Of a stretch of DNA of 64,000 bases, positions 55,587 to 64,000 are shown piece by piece (the first letter of the stretch is position 1; the number at the start of each line of letters is the position of its first letter). The stretch lies in contig CM052816.1 in the NCBI GenBank assembly GCA_028534125.1, positions 31,250,001 through 31,314,000 of the forward strand. The letters are read 5' to 3'. This DNA comes from Lama glama (Eukaryota). Below the pieces are notes generated by a model. The model was given only the letters and a program-made list of their open reading frames with translations. It was not told the origin of the DNA and ran no database searches. A program made the translations under genes and the position numbers.

Positions 55587-56199
55587 GTAAAACATTACTG
55601 CTTTATTTTTGTAATGGAATATGCACACCTGTGTATAGTATGATCATTAAAATTAATTCATACCATTTTAAGAGATGATAAGCCAACCTTACTTGTCTAA
55701 AAAGAAACAAAGAGATTGCTTTCTTGTTCTTAGTTACATCTCTAACACCTTGAACATAGTTGGAACTCAGTAAATTATACAGTGATTGAAGAATTAAGGA
55801 TTGAGTAACACAAGCAGAAGATGACTATGAAATATGCCCAGGAAATAAAGTCTCCTCTTTTTTTACCTACATTTAGTTTCTTCTACATTGTATAATCAGT
55901 AATCCAGATCTCCTTCCATGAAATTGAAAAGAGGACTGTGAAAGAATGGCTTTATGTGTAAGAATGACTAGCAGCACTGCAGAAAATAGTACATACATTA
56001 TAGTCAGATGTAGAGAAGGGTTAAGATTAAAATATGTATGTCTGTCCATGCCTACAGTGCTTAAAGGACAAGTTATATGAAACATTTCTGATTACTGATA
56101 TGTGTCCGATAGCAGCTAGCATCTGTTGAAAGAAATAGCCCTATAGATAATTTACATGTACATGTATGAGGATATTTATGATGTAACTTTTTTTCGTAG

Positions 56200-56316
<117 letters not shown>

Positions 56317-57265
56317 ACTACAGAGGGAAGATCTTGCTAACTTAAAATGAATCTTCACAAAGGAAACAGCCCTGAAAGGCTTTGATCTTGTAGCAGGAGA
56401 CTTATGGATATGTTCTATTCAGCATGTATCTACTATGACCCATGTTTATACATTTAAAAAATCCACAGAGTAGATGGACTCACAAAAAGTGATTTGTATT
56501 AATATACAAATCATTGTAAAAGATTGATATTACAGTATACCATTACTATAGCTATTGCTCTAGGGCTGCCTCCAGCGTATTGACAAGGAGACTAAAATTA
56601 TGTAAACCTGCTTTTGTACCCCTTCTCAAAATGACTGAAATTCTTTACTTGTAGAATTAGCATGGTGCTGTTTTTCCCCCCACTATAAAAGTCAATTTAC
56701 TAAAGGATTCTTATTGGGTGTATTCAGGGAAGTTCAGTTTGAAGTATGGGATATGCCTTTTCTCAGGTACATTTATATCCGATGTTATCTTGTGAAACAA
56801 ATATCCAGCGTAGTCCAGTAGAGGGCAACCCAGCTGGCAGAAAGAGGCAGTTTGGTTTTACGTCTTTGCCAGAAAGTAATAGCTATTCCTGCTAATTTCT
56901 AGCAAATACCTAGCCAGAAGAGCTCACGTGTTGACACACTGGAAGACTGCATTGGAGAAAATGCGTGGTTTAGGTTTCATATTTTTGTTGGGAAATAAGG
57001 AATTTTACAAATTCTGGACAAACGAGTCACCTAGCTCTTTCAGTCCTATCATTTAATGATTCTTGAGTCCCAGTGGTTCTAACTGCGGTGGTATTCTCTC
57101 TCTTATTTTTACAGTGTCAGAAGCAATCGATAAGTAAACCTGGCAGCATCTTTGAGTTTTTAATAATGTATTTTCCAACTTGAAAATGCTCAAAAATAAC
57201 TGGAAAATAGCTAGATTTTATGTGTATTTCATGCCATGACTGAAAGTACCATTTTTACTGATGCT

Positions 57266-57271
57266 ATTAAA
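57266..57271 (+). terminator. Candidate ATG12 polyadenylation signal (ATTAAA)
   Basis: ATTAAA followed about 30 nt later by a U-rich tract (57300-57310). Confidence 0.5.
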
Positions 57272-60200
57272 CTGATATTTGCTTGAAGTGAGGTTTAACT
57301 TTTTTTCTTCATTCTGTATACTTATAATGCAGCATTTAAAAAAAAAAAGCATTCCAGTAAATTGAATGGAATGTTCAAATAGAATCTAAGGTATGTACAA
57401 GAATTCTGTGTGTATTTTCAAAGCTAATGAGAATGTTATGACTTTTTCAAAGGACTTTGAACTATATACTTATGTCCTTTAAGTCCAAGAATGTACTTTG
57501 TCGTTAATGATCTGCCATGCATTTGCATTAGGGGATGCTAAGGAACAGTTCCATTTAAGGTGATGAAATCACTGTTTCTCATTTCTGCCCAAGAACAAAT
57601 TCTGTCTTATAAGATGAGGTAAGAAATTGGTACATATATTGAAAGCTGGAAAGTATTATTTTCAAGTCAAATAAGTTGGATGTGGAAAAGATCTGTTCTC
57701 TAGTTTTGTGCTCTTAGAATTTACTGAAAGATACAAATATATTTATCTATATGCATATATATTTAACAAATAACAAATGTGTTTAACCTATGCATAGTTT
57801 ATGTTTGCTGCTAAGGTTTCAACTGGTAGAATATTTACTTATCTCAACAATCAAAACTACTTGAGTTTGAATTTGTGTGATCAACTTAATTGTTCTTTTT
57901 TTATCTAAATGATTTATTAATGTATTAAATTTGAGGTTAGTTAAATATGTATATTTTGTTTTCTTCCCTCATAACCTTTAAGAATACCTAGGGCTTTACA
58001 CTTTTTCAAACCATATTTACATTATTATCTTTTAACCCTTACCCAAAGAATTAATCATTCTGTGCTAACTTTGCAACATTTACTCATAAGCCTGGATCCC
58101 ATAAGTTACTGGGTGACTAGAACCTAAAATACAATTCACGAAATATTTTTGCAGATGTCTGGTTTAAAATGTCTTAATTGTAATTGAGCTTGGGGGGAAA
58201 CTGAAACCCTCAAGTTATATTTTAAGTTTTCCATGTTTGTGAGAAAATCGAGGTCTACTGTGTCATGCTTTATCTCAGCATGGAAAGATGACCTGTGGTA
58301 TACAGGGTGTATATAAGAATATTGTGCTTCCATCTTTGAAGCTACCTATGCCAAGGGTTTCACAATGAGTTCTCCGTGTTTAGGGGATAAGGTAAGCTAA
58401 CATTGTTTATCTATAATCAAAGTAATACTGAATACTCCCTGGTATCTATGATTTTCTAGAAGTTCTAACCCTGAAGAGACCTTAAATATCATCTACACTG
58501 ATAAGAGTAGAAAACTCAGAGAGGTGCATTTTTAGATTCTATAGCATTAGTCAGCAAGTTTAGTTGTGTGTAACCCAAAGCAGGAAATCGCAGTATTCCT
58601 GGGTATGAAAATGAAAGTCACCTTTTATATAGCTTCTGCTTCATTTCCCAAGGATTATAATATATTTAGTAAGCTTCTGGAACTAAGAGAATTCAGCTAC
58701 AGACCACATAATAGAAGGAAAGTATTCAGAAAACAGTTCAGCAGTTTTAGTCTTACACATACTACTTTCCTGCAAAATTGTTCAACCCACACTGGATTAT
58801 TCACTCTTCCCTGGACATGCCTTGTGTTTTTTTGTTTCCTATGTCTATTCATGCAGTTCACTTCTGGAAATGTACTTAAACCTCCACCCCTTCAAGTGCT
58901 ACCTCTCTGCCTAATGCAGATTTTAACTTCCTTAAGGCTTATCTGAATTGCTCAAGGAGGAGGTACTCTCTTCCTCGTAAGAACATAGCAGTTACCACTG
59001 TTAACAGCAGTTACTGCACTTGCTACCTTATAAGCATGACCAACACCCTTTCATCATTGTAATGTCCCTGACAATAGGACATTTGGGTTTTTTTTTATTT
59101 GGTGCCCACATGCATAGTACTTTTTACATTTCCTTACACTCATACATAATCAGTAATTCATTATATACTGTGTTTATGAAATTACCTGTGGCTTGCAGAA
59201 TGATTTAACTTAAAGCAGCAATGAAGTAAATTTACATGTTTTAAAATTTTTGTATGGCAGAAGATGAAAATATTTGTAACATGACAGGGTTTTGATGTCC
59301 AATAATTGAATAGCTCATTTCAATTGATAAAAAAAAGACCACTGGGAAAATATATTAAAATGTAACTCACCAAAAATAAAAATATAGATGGCTAGCATGT
59401 AAAGTGCTGAACCTCATTAGTTATAAAAACTACAAGTAAAAGCTGAAATGCTGATTATCACCTCTCATAGTATCAATAGTTAAGAATAATTACCAATATT
59501 GGCAACATTGTGGAGAGGTAAGTCCTGTCATATTCTTGTTGAATTAAATGTGAATTGATACTACATTTTTAGGGGACATTTTGGCAATATCAAAAGGCTT
59601 GAAACTATAAATTTCCATTTGTTTATTCACCTATCAAGTGCCTAATGTTCCTAAGCATTGGAATAAGACATAAGGTCCCTGTTCTCCTGGAACTTTCATT
59701 CTAATTGGGAGGTAGACTGTCAGGTATGAACTTAAATAATTCTTGAAATTTTATGTTGAATTTTTTGAAATAATGGAAAGGAAAAAGACACTTGATAGCA
59801 AATATTAAATTTACCTGTGATTTACATGATACTGGAGGAAAGATAAAACATTTATGTATATGAGTGACTAGAATCTTGTGTTAGAAGAATCCTTAGAAAT
59901 CAACTCCCGTAGTTCATTCTATGTCCTCATAGCAGATACACCTGAAACTTAGGCTGATTACTTCTAGTGATGGCCACAAGGAAGGCTCTATCCATTTTGA
60001 GGTGACTTAGATGTCATTTTTACTTTCTGACAACGTTGTTAGAATACTTGTAGTGTCATCAGTTTAACCAAGGATGTTAAACACTTCAGGCAACACAGGT
60101 AAATTTAAGTATATACATTATATACATACACATATGTATGTACATACATACATTGGAACAAAGTCTAGGAAAAAAAGTCTTCCAGAAGTCTAGATCTTTA

Positions 60201-60819
60201 ATAACTCTGAGTCATTAAAGTTATTAAAGATTACTGCCATTTCTTCTGCCCCTCATATTTCTCTTATTTTCGTTCATACTTAATTTGTGTTATTCTCAAA
60301 GCTTGCTACATGCTATGCACAACACAAAAATGTATTTCCGTATATGTGTGAGCCTACCAGTAGACTCCTTCAAGCACATGCTTATTATTGAAGGATTAGA
60401 ATCTTAAATTACTGCATCAGGAGTAAAAAAAAAAAATCAGCATTTCTTTGAACCATTACTTGAAACATCAGGTCTTTGCACTGAGTATAGTGTTCTTAGT
60501 GAAATGTTTGATTTTTAAAAATCCAAGAAGGGATACCAGGCCTTCCACTGTTTCACTAGTCTTGCTGTAGACCCGAGTCTCCTTTGTCAAACTGTACTTT
60601 CAGTACAGCACATTTAAATTTTTTTAATAGAAGACTGAATTATTTTCACCGAGCCTTGAAGCATATGGTTTCAGTCGACAAAATAGTAGCTCTTCAGCCT
60701 TGGGAGTGGAATCCATCCTCAACTTTCTCCAACTCTTCACAATCCCTCGGCTCCATTTGGAAGGAAGGGTCCCTTTCCTTCCCATTCCTTCCTCAGCGTC
60801 CTCCATCCTTCTCCAGACC

Positions 60820-62230
60820 CCTTCTGTCGACGTCTTAGCGTCGCGAGCCACCGCGCAGGAGAGGATCCCCAGGGAGCGGCGGAGGGGCGAGGGTGCGGGG
60901 AGAGGGGTTGGGATGGGCGGCCAAAACGCGCTCTGCTAAGGTGGGGGAGAGATTGCACGAAGCCCACCGGGAGCGCTGGGACCCAGGAAAGAAGGGCTCC
61001 TGGAGGGCCGGAGGGACGAGAGTGTCGGGGCTGCGTGCGTGGGCTTTGCCCGCACGCCCTTGCCACCCCTGCCACCCTTCTCTGTTCGCTCCACGCGTCT
61101 CCCCACCCTCTGAGGGCCGTTGGTACATTCCCGCAGACTCCGAGAGCTTAAAAGGGGCCGGGGAGGCTTGAATCCAGCAGGTTTGGTCCAGGCTTCTGTG
61201 GGCGGCACGTCTTTAGATGCGCAGCCCTTCCTGAGCGGGTGTCTCTTGATATCTTGACGAGGGTTTCTTTAAGCTGTGGCACTCGTATTTGGAGGCTTTG
61301 TGTCTGTGTGTAACTGTCTAGCTAGCAGCTCGCGCCCCTAGTCCCCGGCTCCTCGGCTCGCTCAGCCCCAGCACTGCTGCCCAGCAGCAGCGAGACGTTT
61401 GCCGCCAGCTTCGCAAGGGATGGAGCAGACCGAGGTGCTAAAGCCACGCACCCTGACCGACCTGATCCGCATCCTGCACCAGCTCTTCGCCGGCGAGGAG
61501 GTCAATGTGGAGGAGGTGCAGGCCGTTATGGAAGCCTATGAGAGCGACCCGGCCGAGTGGGCAATATACGCCAAGTTCGACCAGTACAGGTGAGAGCGCT
61601 CTCGCCCTGCCCGCGGAGGATCTCGGGCGCCTGCCTCGCTGCCAAGCGGCGCCGACTCGGAGTCGGAGCGGGAGCGGGCGCGGGCGCGGGCGCGGGATCA
61701 GGGGATCGGGGTCTGGCTCTGGAGGCGCCCGCCGGGCCCACCGTCCCAGCGCTCGCGGGCCTTTCCCGCACTCCAGCGCCGCGCCTCCTCGCCCGCAAGC
61801 CGCGGGGCCGCCGTCCGGAGCTTTGGGCCGAAGGTGGGTCGCACTGGCCGGAGACTGCGGCAGGCTCCCGAAGGGGAGGCCACCGCGGGGCTGCAAGTTT
61901 TCTGTTCTCTTCTCGCCAATCGACCCCTCGGCTTCCGAAAACCCTCCTCTCTGGAGCCATCGTTTGCCTCGGACACGGTGGAGGTGCGGGGAGACCCCGG
62001 TGGCCCTCAGGCTCTACCCGGCCCGCCACGCTCAGGCTCCCGACTGGCTGGACTAACCAGGGGTGTTCCCAGGAGAGAACTCCAACAGCCGTCCACAAAA
62101 AGGGGTGACGGTGGAGGTCACAATTAAACGACACCAGTTCTCCATCACTTCTCTCTCGGTCGCCTGCAACAAGGCTTCTGCCAACAAGCATTTTTGCTGA
62201 TACAAAATAACGTCTCGGGGTTGTCAGCTG
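60820..62230 (+). promoter_or_regulatory. CDO1 CpG island / promoter
   Basis: CpG-rich region spanning CDO1 exon 1; TATA-like CTTAAAAGGG near 61147-61156; GC boxes upstream. Confidence 0.85.
61420..61589 (+). CDS. CDO1: Cysteine dioxygenase type 1, coding exon 1 (MEQTEVLKPRTL...YAKFDQYR)
   Basis: Recognised CDO1 N-terminus, 170 nt, AG|GTGAGA donor; exon 2 not found before the window end. Confidence 0.97.
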
Positions 62231-64000
62231 CTATTGTTCAGTTTATGCTGCTCCCCACTCCCGAACCATTTTGACTCCCGGGACTGAGAGTTTATTTAAA
62301 CCCACTATCAGGTTCTCAAATTAAACTAGTGCTTCTCTTTTAGCCCCCAAGCAATATGCTTTTTCTTATCCTTAGATCTGAGGGCCTGGAATGTAAATTG
62401 AAGAGCCCTGCTCCCCAGATGTGTTTGGGTGAGATGCCCTGGGAGGCTGCTCCGTTCAGCGAGGGCTTGGAGATTAAGTAAAAATAAATCACTGCACCAG
62501 TCCTTTGAGACGAGAAGTAAAACTTAATCACCCTGAAAAATGAGAGTTTCTTTTCTGACGGGCAGCCAGCTCTTCAGTCTTAATTGTTGGTTGTGGTGAG
62601 GGCAGGGAGAGGGGGAACGGCTGAAAGAGAAGTATATGGACAGGTGAAGCTTTCTTTCCCAGCAGTTTCTGTTAGTCACTTTACCTCAACATACACATAT
62701 AGTGTTACACTGTACATCGTATGTATTGGTAAAGTTTTGTCACCAAGGACTGTTTCAACTGTATTTTAGGATTTGAAGTAAAAAAGTCTAGTTAGGACCC
62801 TGTTTTCCATCTGCAGGCAGCCCTAGGAAATTCTTTTGGTTCCTATTCTTTCGTGGCTTCCAATGAAGCTACCAGTTTACTTTAATTTTGCATTAACTGC
62901 AAGTGGTTGAGGGCTTGTTATGGGCTCCGGTGCTCTTCCGGTCACTTGACACATGTATTAACTCATTTCCTCACAACTCTATACGATAGGTACCATTCTT
63001 ATCCCTGCTTTACAGGTGAGGAATAGTAGACAATGAAAAGGTTGGATTACCTGCACAAGGACATACTAATATCATTTAGCAGCTCCAGGGTTCAAATTAG
63101 CATTTTTTTTCCCCAGAGCCTACACTGTAAACCACTACTAAACTTCATGAACTTCCAGCAGGCAGGCATATGATGCCATAACCGTCTTCTGCCTAGGTTT
63201 ATTACTGACCAAGTTAATTAACCAGGGTGGGTTGTAAGGGCTTTCCGTCTGTAGAACAAGGGCATTTCCACGGGCCTTGAATTCATCTTCACTGACAAGC
63301 TGTAAACCGGCTGGAACGCTGCCATTTGGATTGATCTATTCCACAGGTTTCTGAGGCACAGGTCAACAAGACAGTGGGTACAGTCCTGGGTGGGCAGCTG
63401 GAGTAGGGAGGGAGGAAGATAGGGGAGCAGAAATCAGTGGGATGGTAATTTTTGCATCTAATAAATGTCCTGGCACTGTGAATGATTCTGATCTCTGACC
63501 TTGGGAAGGCCAGTGCAGAAGAATCAAGCTGGAATATGTTGCAGTGCAAGCCAGGCAGTAAATTCTCTGAAAGAAGCCCCGAGTATCAAGAGGAGTGTCC
63601 CCAGGACTGATGGAGGGAAAAGTAGGCTCCCTGGTACAAGAACCGAGTTTTCTGGGGTTTAAGGGTGTGTGCACAGCCCCTTTCTAGGTCATAAAGGCTA
63701 GAAAGTCAGGATGACTGACTGACATGGAAAAAGCACTCACTAATCAACTCTGTCAGTGATCCTCCACCAGCACCTGGCCTCCAGCCTGGGGGAGGGGAGG
63801 GAACGAAGGTGGCATATGGGACAAAAGTGAACAGATGACCATGTGAGCAAATGCTACCCCAAAATGGGATAAAGATTCCTTTCCTTAAAAATGAGTCTAA
63901 ATGAATATCATCATTATCAACTTTGCTAATTAGATGGTGTCACGAGAGGCTGTTGGAGCAATAAAAACTTTACAGTTGATTTTTGGGGGAGGGGGTTGGA

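Noticed and set aside
61399..61419. 7-codon CDO1 extension from the TTG start in the ORF track
   Set aside because: Non-AUG start with no support; the ATG at 61420 gives the known N-terminus.
60584..62191. Long ORFs (up to 221 aa) around CDO1 exon 1
   Set aside because: Same CpG-island artefact; no recognisable domain outside CDO1 exon 1.

Overview
Mammalian genomic DNA, most likely camelid (alpaca/camel), judged from a Vic-1-like tRNA-derived SINE. It carries the conserved AP3S1-ATG12-CDO1 cluster. AP3S1 (minus strand) has coding exons 1-4 here; its remaining exons lie left of the window. ATG12 (plus strand) is complete: 4 exons, 140 aa, ending in the conjugation Gly. It sits head-to-head with AP3S1 on a shared CpG-island promoter, with 480 bp between the two ATGs. 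CDO1 exon 1 (plus strand) lies in a second CpG island. The rest is repeat-rich intron (L1, L2, MIR, LTRs, Tigger/hAT/mariner elements), and almost all ORF-track entries are spurious. I found no evidence of a new protein-coding system. The most unusual items are: a SINE whose target-site duplication also encloses about 170 bp of extra 3' sequence (candidate 3' transduction); a ~350-bp element made of an L1 5' end fused to an L1 3' end; a Tigger-type MITE abutting the ATG12 exon-2 acceptor; a predicted NMD-escaping 74-aa ATG12 exon-2-skip frame; and a CTCF motif between ATG12 and CDO1. Repeat family names and boundaries are recognised by eye and are approximate.
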